This document shows positions 36,401-49,394 of a stretch of 64,000 bases of DNA, in pieces. The translations under genes were made by a program, and so were the position numbers. Under the pieces are notes generated by a model. It worked only from the letters and a program-made list of their open reading frames with translations. It was not told where the DNA came from and did not search any database. This stretch comes from Phoronis australis. Its lineage: Eukaryota; Animalia; Phoronida. The DNA lies in assembly GCA_002633005.1 (NCBI GenBank), contig NMRA01000537.1, positions 62,001 through 126,000 of the forward strand. The letters are read 5' to 3'. Every line of letters starts with the position of its first letter. The stretch's first letter is position 1.

Positions 36401-39400
36401 TTCCTTTTCTACAGCGGCGTTGCAGACGACGTTCACCTCGAAAAGCGGAAGTTGCTCTTTATGTTCGGAGAAACGTAAATTGTCAACATTGCCGGGGCAT
36501 CTGAGATAGCGTGGTGTGATTTTCAATGGCGTCTCGTGTTATTGTTAAGCGCGGCGACAAATACTACCGCTCTGCAGTCAAAAATGTGTGGGTTGGGAGT
36601 AGACGGGCGAGCTAAAAGGACGCAGACGCATGCTACTGATGGTGGTAACGTTTTTTTTTTTTTAGTCCTCCCGATTTTTGTCGGGGAAAGGTTCATATTG
36701 ACCAGTTCTAGGCTGGTTATCGGACGATGATTTGGGCCGTAAAAGTTTCAAAGTTTCCGCGTTTTTTGTCATTGGTCAATCCAAGCCCTGATTTATTCAA
36801 TGCGTTCTCACCAGTTCATAAACTTCACCACCCTGAACATCAGAGGTCTTCGCACATGTCGCCAACCTTCTGAACACAGCGGTCTGTGTGCAGTGACCAA
36901 CATCCCCAGCCTCTGGTGACCAAGATTCCCCCACTCCTGTGTACTCTACACTGTACGAGTATTTTAGTGCCACATTGGAACACCTGAGAAATGAAATGTT
37001 AAATATGTCATTGTGTTTTGAAGAACTGGAAATAAATATTTTAGCTGAAGCACTATGTAAAGCCTTACATATAAAATTTACAGAAAAGTAGTAAAATCCT
37101 AACACTAGGCATTCTGAGGAGCAAGTGCTCAAGATGGTCTAATTAATTCCAACAGAATATGGATTTCTGTCATTTAGAACCATGTCTGCTAAACAAATGA
37201 ATAGAGACAAAGAATTGTATAAGCATCAGCAGATAAATTTCAACACAAGAATGAATCAAATATAATGACGCAAGATCGAAGATGTAAGACTTCCGTGAGG
37301 ACGATAGCTTGTTTATGGTGAAGATTTTCAAAAAATATGGTGTAACCTGAAAGTGGCTGAGTTTTTGTTGGAAGGGTCCAAACCATATTTCGAATGTAGT
37401 AATCTCATTTTCAGAGTTCAAATTTGTATGTGATTTTTATGAAAAAAGTTGCATAAAAAACATTAAGTTTAGAAAACTGTAAAAGCACATCATTTTTAAA
37501 TTTAACCTGGGTGTTTATGTATCAAACAACACCCATTATTTTTTAATATGATTGTACTTTTCTTTTCTGAAAAATTTTATCAAAAACGCCTGGTCGTGCC
37601 ACCCAAATAATGGCAGTTTAGTGTCAAAAATCAAAATCTATGGGCTTCATACCAAGAGAAACATTTCTAGAGTTAACTTCTAAAGTTTTTTTACATAGCA
37701 GAATGCCCAAACTTGTCACAAGGTCCCAAATGAAACTGATGTTGTGAGCATAAATGAACCGTTCCGATAAGCATTTTCAAAGTTTCGGTAAAAAAATCTC
37801 AGGGGCAGCTTCTACAACTAGGGACACCAAAATTCAAACCGAATGGGAATTTTCTCAATTCTGAGAATTGGGCCATTGCAAATGTGGAGTTCGTCATATT
37901 TCTCAAATATCGGACACTGCATTTTGTATCAACAAAGTCTGACAGAGTTAAAATCACTGAAAAAAGCTACCAACGCAACAGAATTTGGAATGGCTAATTT
38001 TTCATTTTTCTTGAATTTGGGACAGCCAACGTTGCCCATTTCTAAAATTTGGTACAAGCTCTGACCTTGAGAAGAATTAATTTATTTTTCACTGTCCCAA
38101 ACAAGGGAATTTTTACTGCAGCAGGGCTTGCAACGACCAATGACAAAGAAGTGGAAAATTTTCCAGGTTATGTACCACCTCATTAATGAATACGGTTCTG
38201 CGACAGAAATATTTTTTTTCATAAAATTTAAGTGAAATAAACGTTTTTGCATGAATAAAGTCAAAATAACATCAAAAAAGAAATGATTCAGAAGAAAGCG
38301 GAAACTGGAAATCAAATAAAGAGGAAATCGAAATGAAAAAAGTGGAAAATTCCAAGCCCTGCTGCAGTTCTGAGCATAATTTACCATTCCTGGAATTGTC
38401 GTCTGCTCCACTCAAACTTGTGGTCCCAGTGTCGGAATCCACCCGTGTCACCAGGAAAAAGTTTGTTAAATTCGGCATTTGGTGTTGTTATGACAACCAG
38501 GAGAGGACGAATGAAAACAAAAACGGTCTGTGGAAAGACATCCAAGGTTTTCACATCCAAGTGTTCTATTCTGAAACACAACAACAAACTTCATGTAATA
38601 TTACGAAAGAAATTTACAAAAATTTGAACTTTTTAGAAATACGATGGAAATAGCTATTTAATAATTTTAAGAGCTGCAGTAACTCCCCCTATTACACAAA
38701 AGCGGAACAATTTAACATCTTCAATTCCTAATAGCGAAGAGTGCATAAGGCATACGAATCCTATCACTCATTTCTCATATATAATGTACTGAAGTTTGCC
38801 ACATTTGGAAAATTTTCAACAGTCCTACAAAGTCTTAATAAGGGATATTACAACCTCAAACCTGTGAGACCCATAGCCTGTCAGAGAACATTGGCTTCAA
38901 ACAAACAGGAAATTGGATGGGCGTTCTTCCACAACACACAGAAGAATCTGTTACCTAACTACCGTCTCACCCAATCTACATGAAACACAAAAACAACGGC
39001 CTCAACTCACACTTCAATCATTGTTACTGCCTCACAACCTTTGACCCTTAGGTCACAATCAGCCAGACTACCGCAATAGAGTCTCATAGTGAGGGGCTTC
39101 TCTCGCGGGTCCAGGTAGTCTGTCGTGAGAGGAGTGATGAAATACGTGTTTGCCTTGAGAACACCTGCGTCAACATCAACCCCTGTGATCGACTGCAGAG
39201 ATGGAATGTTCTTGAGGTACCGCATGAATTTACAGGACGAACAGCCAAAGTCGATCACCTGAAACAAAAGGTTTCTCAATGAATACAAGGGGTTCTAAGT
39301 CAAAACAAAGGGTTCTCGGTAAATAAAAAGGATTTCCAGTCAAAAAGGTTCTCAGTGAATGAAAGTGGTTCTGAGTCAAAGCCAAAACATGGGATTGTTA

Positions 39401-41338
39401 GCCAGCACAAGGGATTCTGAGTGAATTTTCCAATTTGCACCTTTTTAGGTAATAATTGGTATAAATCATAAGACAAGACAACGGGTAGACAGCTTGTGCA
39501 GCAGACAGGTGTAGTACATCATAAATATTAAGCTGTAATACCATCTGACACGTGAACGCATTATGCTGTAATACTACGCGACACCTGAACGCAAGAATAC
39601 AGCAGCCCCTATCACTAACATTTTCGATTACCGCAGTTTTCTTGTACCGCATTTGACCACTAAAAAGTCCCTTTCCTTTACGTTCAGGAATTTTGAACGC
39701 AGGGTGAGTTTTGCCAGTCAAAAGATATCACTAATACATTAACATTTTGTAACATTCAGAATGTTAGTATTTGGCTTATTTTACAACTGTCTATTAATTT
39801 TTAAAGTGTTCTAGAAAGCGGTTGGGATTTCCACACAAACCTCATTATATATGGCAGCACTTGAGTGAGTACCCATAATGCACGAGTCAGCTGTCAATCA
39901 CTACAGTGGCCATTTTAGGTTGTAGTGCATGACCAAAACTATAATCAAACTAAAAATTCATATTAAATTGACAATATTAATTGTGTAGAAATAGCATATT
40001 TGGGCTTATAGTTTTGACTGGGAACAAATTGTGCTAAAATAAGTTTTATGAAGTTTTTAATAAAAATGCGGCACAAAGAGTATAAATACACATAAGGCTA
40101 TTGAACCTATACAGCAGTATCTGTCTCATCTACCGGCAAGAATTCAACAGCCGCTTGCCTAACCGATTCCATCCAAACAAGCAATTAATAAGAAGGCTGA
40201 TCCCCTCTGCAGAAATCCGAGACAAGAAGCAAATCATCACCAACATTTCATTAATATAGGGAAATTTGTGAAAATGAAAAAATATTGGGTGTGACACGAC
40301 ATCATGTCCTTTCCAGGAAATATTCAAAAGCCTAGTGTATTGAAGTCAGCAGTATGTTCTGATGCCAATCTGCTATTTTTCTGATCGGTTGACAACCGGT
40401 TGATGAATAATCAGCTGACTCTTTTCCGACCAGTTGATAGTGACCTGAACTGTAGTTCAACGCTACAGCTCAATCCTTTAGAATACGAAACCGCCGTCTC
40501 CCGTACCTTGAAGACCTGCGAGAAGTTCAACGTACCGAGGTGCATCCTTCTCGCTCTACAACGTCTGCCACCTGTTGATAGCGTTGTACGTACAGAGGAG
40601 GGTCGAAAGCAGGACCACTATCACAAATGTCCGTAGCACCAGGTGCTTGCTCTGGTGGACCAAGTTGAACACCTTCATTTCCTTTAGAGGTCTCTGCACT
40701 TTTGTCCAAGTCCTAAAAATCAATGAAAAAATTTAAGCTGTTGTACATTGTTTTTCCATCAAAAATTAAGTTTCGAATACCTAACCGTTTTGAAACTGGT
40801 CTCAGCTTCGTCTTTGTGACCGAGATATGGAGTGTTCAGTTTCTAGGTACGGAAAGAATGTATAGTTTAGGCAGGGCCAACAAATTAGTCACAGCAGGTC
40901 TGAACATTATTGTCTGACAATCAATGAATAATCAGCTCTTCGCAAGCCCAAGGCACGAGCTTCTATACTGAGTGAGGAAAAATTGTTGAGGCCAGCGAGA
41001 CAAGTAATCTAAACCAAAAATTGTTTTTTGGTGGGAGGTGCACAATGAAATTGGAGGCAATTCAATAATGAGGCACCCTCTGAGTTTGCCTGGACCATGC
41101 AAGATCACCTTAATGTGGAGCAGATGCCAATTGGAGACTCTCGAGTAGTAATGTTGTCCCTGACCACATGGGACCAGACACTAGTGACCTCTAGAGGACG
41201 AAGAGCAAAAAGCATCACATCTTAATCACATACACTGTAAAAGACTCTTTTCACCAAGTCATTTGAAAATATTTCACTACGCCACCTGTTGTGAAGAAGA
41301 CGTACCTGACGGTACAGCCATGTAGCGATGAAAAGCAT
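33233..41338 (-). CDS. HENMT1: Small RNA 2'-O-methyltransferase HEN1 (piRNA 3'-end methyltransferase), 7 coding exons, about 517 aa
   Basis: Exons (minus) 41338-41306, 40712-40536, 39258-39011, 38570-38385, 36983-36812, 35616-35078 and 33431-33233 are GT-AG and phase-consistent (1554 nt). Diagnostic HEN1 motifs: FDPPLYVQRY, SAM-binding VIDFGC, GVDVD, EVIEHL, VITTPNAEFN, FRHWDHKFEWSRRQFQEW, GVG...GHCTQTAVF. Confidence 0.93.
34152..34262. mobile_element. Merlin-like hairpin MITE (about 111 bp) in the last HENMT1 intron
   Basis: Near-perfect palindrome with GGCAA...TTACC ends; 8-bp TSD AACATCTC/ATCATCTC (7 of 8). Confidence 0.7.
35078..35616 (-). CDS. HENMT1: HENMT1 exon, C-terminal region with low-complexity insert
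   Basis: ttaCAG acceptor, GTAACC donor; ends VTVPLERLISCRRIKNLCGDLDTLR. Confidence 0.8.
36282..36790. mobile_element. hAT-like MITE (CAGGGCTTG ends) in a HENMT1 intron
   Basis: CAGGGCTTGGA ... TCCAAGCCCTG; 6-bp TSD ATTTAT; interior similar to the reverse complement of 46000-46619. Confidence 0.8.
36812..36983 (-). CDS. HENMT1: HENMT1 exon, end of methyltransferase domain
   Basis: YSVEYTGVG...VGHCTQTAVFRR; GTGAGA donor. Confidence 0.9.
38122..38361. mobile_element. hAT-like MITE (CAGGGCTTG ends) in a HENMT1 intron
   Basis: CAGGGCTTGCA ... TCCAAGCCCTG; 6-bp TSD CTGCAG. Confidence 0.8.
38385..38570 (-). CDS. HENMT1: HENMT1 exon, metal-binding/catalytic motifs
   Basis: IEHL...ITTPNAEFN...FRHWDHKFEWSRRQFQEW. 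Confidence 0.93.
39011..39258 (-). CDS. HENMT1: HENMT1 exon, SAM-binding motif I
   Basis: VIDFGCSSCKF...GVDVD...LYCGS...AVTMIEV; GTGAGT donor. Confidence 0.92.
40536..40712 (-). CDS. HENMT1: HENMT1 exon with FxPPLY motif
   Basis: ttttAG acceptor, GTACGT donor; FDPPLYVQRYQQV. Confidence 0.9.
41306..41338 (-). CDS. HENMT1: Candidate HENMT1 start micro-exon (MLFIATWLYRQ)
   Basis: Acceptor at 41342-41341, donor GTACGT at 41305; phase 0 matches the next exon. It has an acceptor, so a further upstream exon is implied. Confidence 0.45.
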
Positions 41339-42244
41339 CACTGATCGCAAATGAACAGCCTACATTGCTTTCTAAAAGTCTCCCACAGTAAGCTTAGAGT
41401 TGACACTATGTATTTCGTGTTTGAAATGAACAGTTAAGTCATGGAGTAGTTAGAGATGGAATCCCAGCCAATTTCCAGGGTATACATGTATTAAAACATG
41501 TGTTGCACTGTGTTTGGAAAACTTTTTTTGTTTGGAAATCTTGAGATATGTTCGAAAACCTTCAGCCATGTTTTAATTCTTAATTAACTCATACATGCCA
41601 AGAATTGCACGATACTTGGTTTACCTCAAAATTCCAACTGCTGCCTGGTGGTTTGGTATTTGGCCCAATTATGTTGCACACCCAACAGAATTAACGAGAA
41701 ACAGAATACTGACAACATCATACAAACATTTTAGGTTGCAAAAATCACATTTCTTGACCCATTTTCAAAATTTAAGGACCTAATTTTGTGTGCTTTTCTC
41801 GAACTCAAAAGATTTTCAATACAAAATTTAAAGATACTACCCCAGTGTGTTTCTAATGGGCCTCATTATCTAGAAAACTATTACATCAGCAGCTTCCGGC
41901 AATGTAATTAACAGCATGGTGTCTTTGATCAGTTTCAGCAGATTTCGTGGTAGGTAAAAAAACGGTCCAGTAAACCAATCTCAACTGGCGAAAGTGTCAA
42001 TGTAGGATTCTTTTCATGTCCACGATGTTGGTTTACTTCTTGACCAAATTAGCAGTTAGAAAACGGAGAATGATTGCCGCTAACATATCATGTTTATGTA
42101 ATGTCCAATGTTCCGATGGTAAATCAGTCTACCATCAAGGAACCAGAAAACCCACAGAAGGGCCACAACTAATCACGGTCAAGTGAGCACAGCCGGACAC
42201 CAGTAACAGCTGCAATAAATGCACAAATTAATGAACAAAACTGT

Positions 42245-42800
42245 TCCTAAAGGGTGAACTCAATAGAGCTATGCAGGTCACCATTCAGTGACATCATTAC
42301 TTGGCGAAATTTATGTTATGTTGGTCTGACATGTTGCTTGTTCGCTCTCTACAGGTCGCACTTCTCGCTCGATTTTCACGAAATTTGCACACGACGTGTA
42401 GATTGGAAAGTCCTGGAAGCCTATTGTTTTTGGTCATAATCGGATTCAAAATAGCGGACGTGGCGGCCATTTTGTTTCCGATTTCACATTCAAATGCTCA
42501 GAGGCCGCATTTTTTGACATACAGAGCTGAAACTTGGTACGATTATTATAGAATACATGTGCTACAACTGTGCTGAAAAACGTTGACTTCCGGTTAAAAG
42601 ATGGCGGAAATATTGACGATGGCGCATGCGCACCTCAATATCTGGCCAAAAACGTTTTCTCCTGTAGAGGGCGCATTGGTGAACCAATCACTTTCAATCT
42701 GGTCACGTGTTTCTTGCAATTGATCAGCTTTTATAAAATTTTGTTTAACTGGAAGTCACTGGGGGGATTGGTTGCACTTATCACCAAACAGTACCTGACA
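42245..42800. mobile_element. Helentron-associated-like repeat
   Basis: Modules CTCTACAGGTCGCAC, GATTTTCACGAAATTTGCAC, GGCGGCCATTTTG and GAAACTTGGTAC typical of such invertebrate repeats. Confidence 0.4.
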
Positions 42801-44684
42801 CCTATAGTGGCAAATCTACGTTTTCAGTAAGGGGGATTTAGGATTCGAGCGAATTCGAGGCGCATAGCACCGAGTGGAAGGAAGGTCGGGAGGGGGGTTT
42901 GTTGTGGTTTTTATTAGCTGATTTCGTTTTTCTGGCAAAATTTGTTTCAATTTTTATTATCGATCCTGTCCCGAGGGGGGTTTGAATCCCTGAACCCCCC
43001 CCCCTCTGTAGATCCGCCTCTTATCTATTTCAGCAACAATAATTTGGAAACATGGTGTACATCATAATGTGAACATGTACTGCCCATTAGATGTCAATAA
43101 AATCACATCTTATACAACAGCTGATAAAGATATTCTTTCAAATATGACTGACAAAGTTTGTTTCACTTAAAAGCTCCAAAACTTCATATTAACATGATAA
43201 TACATCATTACTTCCAAGAAGTAGATCATAATGCACACTATCAGGTAATGTACACTAGATGTCACCACATCACTTAACATACAACTATGATTGACACATT
43301 CTTTTAACTTAATAAAAGCTCCAAAACTTAATTACATAACTTTTTGCCAGTGTCATGCCAATAAATCAATACTCCCAAGATGTAGATTACAATGTATACA
43401 ATCATATTATATCACATTAGAACAATGACTGACAGATTATAGGCCTTGAACATTTCCACAGCTGTTCACTGGTGAATCTTATCATGAACGAAAACAGGTG
43501 GTTTACGACAATCCTCTTCTCCGGAAAACAACTTACAAGTACAGCCACAACTTTTGCACTGTTGGAGTTTGTGGATTCATCTAAGTTTAGAGAGAAAGGT
43601 GTCTCCCTTAGCTCTGTGACCTCTCCATGCAGAGTTTCTGCCACACCATATTTAGCTTATACGAGACAGTGGAGTTATCAGGTCGCATTCCCTAGACCGC
43701 AGGCTTGTCATTGGCGAGGGCCTTTACCAGATCCAGCAAGTTTGGTGCAGCTGACATTGGCAGGGAATTCTCAGCAAATGATGGCAATTACCTGCAACAA
43801 AAGGTATTTTTTAAACTAAAACAATAAAGATAATAATGCAACATTCGCAGTGTGAGTGACAGAAGCTTATTGTTGATTTGCTGCAGACAGACCTACAAAA
43901 TTACTTGCAGCTCTTATAATAATGATGCAGAATTATAAGGAATTGGGAAAATCGATCCAGAGATTATCTGGAAAGCCTGAAATACAACGCATTTAATTCC
44001 AACAAAAAAATTAATTCCAAAGGAAATGGAAAAAGTCAAAACGAAAACCAGTGGCTCATACCCCAACTATTTAAATGGAAAAAAATGAAAGTCAAAAACA
44101 TAACTTGCATATAAAAACTTTCTACATGACAGCTTCTCTGCAAAATGGGAAAATTTCATTGTTTCATGTTAACTCCATGTAGAAGTTGTTTACTTTATAC
44201 GAGATACGAGAATGGTCTCTCCTGAGGTGTGCATGCGTGAATGAATGGATGTACTTATTTGTTTGTTTGTTTGTTTGTTTTTTGTACTTGTTATTAAATG
44301 ATAATAAATAGCTGAATCAAAAAAACATAATTTAAATTATAGAATACATCAATCATAATCCTAAGTAGGACAAACTCTTCAGTTTCAAGCAATAATTACA
44401 GGTGTTAATTGTTCACAAGCCATGCTGGCATAGAACAAACCATGTGACAAATTTTACACAAGAAATAACTACCAGGACCTTGAAAATAGGCTGGCAGAAT
44501 TTGTAAACATGACTTTGACCAATCAGATCATTTAGAACCGGTCACGTGACCGCTTCTCTCTTGAACTGCAAAACTCGAGTCGGTCATAATAGCACTTTGT
44601 ATCCCATTTTGGCGGCAAGTGGAAAATCGAAGACTCACGCCTACCAGCCAACTTGACAAGTAGGGCCTGGATGTGCAAGTGGGA

Positions 44685-45642
44685 CAGGCCTTCATACAGC
44701 ATATGTCCTGGGCATCCATTTGGACGCCCTAGCACTAATCTGGACACACCCGCAAGGACCCCTAATGTATCATTTGGACGCCCTGTCAATCAGAATTTCT
44801 CCTGTTTGAACACCCACATTGGACTCCAGTTAATGAAACAGAGAAGTTGGCTCCTTCAACTGGGAAAGAAATATACAGTGTGTATAAAATGTTGCAATGT
44901 TCAAACTATCTTCAAAGTATTTAGTAGATCTGTCAATCATTAGCACTGTTTGGTTGCCAAAGTGTCTCTGCTGTCAGTGGTCTTATATCTCACTGCAATT
45001 CAGTACTTTATACAGGGACACCAACCCTGATTAACTCCAAACTGTCTGGTGTTTCAGAGCTGTAGTTTCATGTTTTTCATCTTTTTTAAAAATATGAAAA
45101 GCAAAATAAATGTCATTCTTTTAACAATATGATGTGCCACAAGAATATCCCCATTTAAAATGTTTGAGTTTGCGCCCTTTTCATTCTTTTCTATGTGCGT
45201 CTTAATATAGAGCAGCAGTGACACCTGTTGCCGAAATATAAACAACACATCATCTGTGCATTTTTCTTGTTTTGGTAACTGCTGCTTTGATGACTCATTG
45301 TACAGAATATTAATCTAGTTAAGATGATATGTTTAAACTTTTTAACGGCATTTTGCACTCATCGTTCAATCAATCTGTAATATCTGTAATATCTGTTAGG
45401 TAAAGCTATTTGGCTGTTTTCATAAATTTAGACATAAAAGTCCTGATCCAAACAGTTTTTTTAGTAAAAGCTCACTACAAGAGAGCTGTTTTTATAAACT
45501 TAGATGTCAAAGGGTTGTTCAACACATTTTTTGTAAAAACCTCACTGTGTGTGGGGGGAGGGGGTTACTGGTGAATGGTGGCGGGGAGTGGGGGTAATTC
45601 ATCGTTGGACAACCTGTTTTCGAAATTCTGGATAAAGCCCTG
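44685..45642. mobile_element. hAT-type MITE, same family as 50875-51292, opposite orientation
   Basis: CAGGCCTTCATACAG ... CTGGATAAAGCCCTG; perfect 8-bp TSD AAGTGGGA; shared subterminal GGACGCCC repeats. Confidence 0.85.
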
Positions 45643-45743
45643 AAGTGGGACCAAACAAAAGAAATTTATATACCACTCAAATCGCACGATTCCAATTGCT
45701 TTTACATTCCGAATCTAACGAATTACTTACCAGTTACGGTAGA

Positions 45744-46512
45744 ATTTCCTTTCAGTAAGCATTTTTCTTTCTCGAGTTAAATCATTTTCAGGTGGTCCTC
45801 CAAGGCGATTTGGCCATGCACGCCCTAACTGATGTCCCTCTGGCAAAGTTTACACAGCACAAACCCTTGACTTTTGTTGTAACTTGCGAACATATTGGCC
45901 ATTTTTTTCATCCACTTCTTCCATAAAATATTCTGTCTACTCCCATTTTTGGCTGCAGAATCGCACTACTTGTCACCACGATTTACAACCACACACCAAC
46001 GCCATTGATGAAAACCACGCTAACCCAGGTGCCCCGGCAATGACGATTTACGTTCCTCCGAAACACAAAGAGCTGCAGTTACCACTTTTCGAGCTGAAAG
46101 TCATCTGCAACGCCGCGGTTAGAAACAAATTTNATTTCCTTTCAGTAAGCGTTTTTCTTTCTCGAGTTAAATCGTTTTCAGGTGGTCCTCCAAGGCGATT
46201 CGGCCTAACTGATGTCCCTCTGGCAAAGTTTACACAGCACAAACCCTTGACTTTTGTTGTAACTTGCGAACATATTGGCCATTTTTTTCATCCACTTCTT
46301 CCATAAAATATTCTGTCTACTCCCATTTTTGGCTGCAGAATCGCACTACTTGTCACCACGATTTACAACCACACACCAACGCCATTGATGAAAACCACGC
46401 TAACCCAGGTGCCCCGGCAATGACGATTTACGTTCCTCCAAAACACAAAGAGCTGCAGTTACCACTTTTCGAGCTGAAAGTCATCTGCAACGCCGCGGTT
46501 AGAAACAAATTT
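45744..46512. repeat. About 385-bp near-identical tandem duplication split by a single N (46133)
   Basis: 45744-46132 vs 46134-46512; identical ORF starts at 45884 and 46264. Confidence 0.9.
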
Positions 46513-49227
46513 GTAGTAGACATTTCATGGATTTTTTTCGCGGAAATATAACAAAAATGCACGAGGGAACAAGTGAAAAAAGCGGAAATCCGCGTTTCCG
46601 CGAAAAATTTCAAGCTTCGAGCAAATCTGATAGTGACACGTTCAGTAAGAGCGAATAATGTCTTAGCACGCTATGTTGTAAACTGTAAAATAGCACAAAG
46701 AAAAATTAGGACGAGGAAGGATTATGAGCAGTTTTGATGAATTTTTGCTCGGGAAAAATGCCAAGATGCAGTAATGGTCGAATTATTCGACCATTAACAT
46801 GCCCGAATATTGAGAACCAGTTTTCTCCACTAAATAACGGGATCGTTATATCTGACTATTGTCAGATATCATATGGGACTAATATTCACACTGAGAGCCA
46901 AGAAATCACCAAGTCAAACCTAAACCATCAAACATGAAGCATACAGGTACCCACATAAAGTGCAAAAAACAATTACCAACTGGCTAAAAGCTCAATTATC
47001 TCTCATGTGAGAACAACTGGTAGCATTATGAATGATGCAGTCACCAACCATAGTTGCAGTAGCACGGACAGTGGCAGTGGCAGTGGCAGAAGAAGTGATA
47101 CACTTTATTCATGTTAAGACAAAATACAGTTAAATTAATACAAATTAAAGCTTATGGGGACTTTGTGAAGGACCAGAAGGGTCCGCTGACCACGGAGCCA
47201 CCAGAGAAAAAACACAATGTTACAGATAAATCAAATTTCAAAATAAGGCGATAATGCAATTTAAAGCTACATGTAAAATGATGCAGTTACCAACCACAGA
47301 CTGTACATGTACTGTGAGAACAACATGATACTCAGCACTTGCTTGGCTCTCTTGTTGCTTTTTAAACTTCTGCATGACTTGTTTAAGGTTATCTCAAACC
47401 TTATTTAATGGCATCCATTCTAACTCGTTATATCAAAAAACTATTAGTGTCAATTAGTAAAAGTATATAGTTTCTGAAAGAAAAAGGGTCAGAGAATATA
47501 AAAATGTGTTTTGTATTTATGTACATTATAAGTATTACGTGAACAGCTTTTTACTTAAGTCAAAATTTCGTTTTTAGAAAGGTACATTCATAGCAAAATA
47601 ACCCCTCGGTCGATTTTAATAAAACCTTTTTAAATGAAACCTCAGAAATGCTGTTAGGAATTTTCAATTACTCCTCTTGTTTGGTTTCTATGACAAATCA
47701 AATCGCAAAACGTAAAGAATTTTTATAAAAAAATAGAAGTCGTATTCGTCTTTGTTACATTACGATAAAATTAGGCCTTTTTATAAAAAATCCTTACAAG
47801 CGTTTTTGAGACTGATGAATACATATTAAATTTGGAAAGTTTCAGCAGATTCCACCAAGCCCTTTTCAAGAACTCGTGTTCCTAAGTTCAAATAAAGTTG
47901 ATTTGCCGAAGCCGAGAAAAAGCCGATTAAACTGGGACGAGTGAAAATCTCAGTCTTCAGTTAATTATTCGGTGAAAAATTGTTTTCGTTAAGTACAACC
48001 TATAAATGCCTTAACCATGTTAGTTATTTAAACATTCACTCGCAATGTCAACTGAATTTGCAGTGCGTAATTAACTTAATTATCATTAAAGCGTACCGTC
48101 CCCAGCCATGAGTAGGTCACAGTTCATTGTCATTAAGTCTGTATACATGTACATCACGTGCCTGGAGACTGATACAAAACCAAGTGAGAAATGGATAACA
48201 AAAATCGAGACGAAATAGCGAATTGTCAATTGACTTTAATATTGAATTGAGCAATTTGGGTGAGGATTTATCTCTTTTCACAACTTCCTGCGTTCATGAC
48301 CACATAGGCGTGAGGCGACTCGTAGCATTCGTTCTTAACGGTCATATGCATGTAGACGCACAACTCTCTCAGCATCAAAACTACGTTTTGTCTTTGTTTT
48401 CCCCGGCACTGTTCTATCATAAGTTCAGGTCGTTGACTCTATTACGGCGACTCGGTGAATGAAAGAGCGGAGGGCACATTAGGAAGCTGCTCTGTACCTG
48501 GCAGGAGATTCCATTTGAGTGTCCGCCCTGTAACCTTTGACCTCAGATAACTAGTAAAAACATATTCACGCCGTTGTGCGGTTCGAAGGTGGCTCTGCTC
48601 AATTTTTTCTTCTCGCTACACTGTATATATTTTGTATTTGAAGTTTCCCCGAGAATGACGATAAGGTATTTTGCTAGATACATGTGAAATATTGTAAAAA
48701 TGGACATTTTTTTTAATAAGGGAGAAGTGCCCTGAGAAACTATTATGCACTACCCGCATTCCTTGTCATCAATTTCAGTTCTGATAAGCATTAAAAGCCT
48801 TATTAACCACTGGCAATTATTTGGGAACTTACGGTAGCTTCACTTTGGTGCATTTGTTGTGGGACGTGCTTCTGGTAAATCATATGAGAGCCTTTGTTTG
48901 TCACTAGCTAACGGGCAATTGCTTATTAACTGAATGGGATCACCGGTTCAATTCCCGGATCAGGTAATCTCAGCTATTACTACAATAGGCAAACGAATGA
49001 TATACCAAGGAAGCACAGCCAACTACTACCCGCAGATCTCCAACGGCACGCATGGTATGTATGGTGATACAAATGTTCCAGGAGTCGAGGACCTGTATGA
49101 GAGACAATCTTGGTGTTCACTGACTTTCCTGGTGGCGCGCCTGTCTCGTAGGAAAGGGGAGGAATGTTGTCGATGTGCTTCCAGTGAATCATGTGAGAAC
49201 CTCTGTTAGACACTTGCTAATAGTCAA

Positions 49228-49300
49228 TTGGCTGTTACCTAAATGGTTAGCACATTCGCCGGTTTTATCTAGGTCACTTGTTCGAATCCCAAGTCGGTGT
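49228..49300 (+). mobile_element. Degenerate tRNA-derived SINE head
   Basis: AATGGTTAGCAC ... GTTCGAATCCC with tRNA-like spacing. Confidence 0.4.
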
Positions 49301-49394
49301 GCTTTAATCTTGGCTAGCTGCTACCACACAGGCATACGTTTGGCTCACCAACCCGTTCCAAGTTGAAGTGCACAGAGCGCCAAATCAGTTTGGG

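Larger units (their letters stand above)
43417..46619 (-). pseudogene. Decayed, spliced hAT transposase (fossil autonomous element), interrupted by later insertions
   Basis: Minus strand: TIR-like end near 46619; BED-like zinc finger remnant VLCKLCQRDIS*GVHGQIALEDHLK near 45790-45870 with donor GTAAGT at 45730; acceptor at 43793-92, then AENSLPMSAAPNLLDLVKALAND and LRETPFSLNLDESTN (first catalytic Asp) with stops and frameshifts. Confidence 0.75.

Noticed and set aside
39265-39430. Short repeated GGTTCTCAGT-like units resembling a CRISPR array
   Set aside because: Degenerate intronic minisatellite with no constant repeat or unique spacers, in eukaryotic context with no cas genes.
45884-46551. 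Duplicated plus-strand ORFs MRTYWPFFSS...
   Set aside because: Antisense to the decayed hAT exon and duplicated across an N gap.
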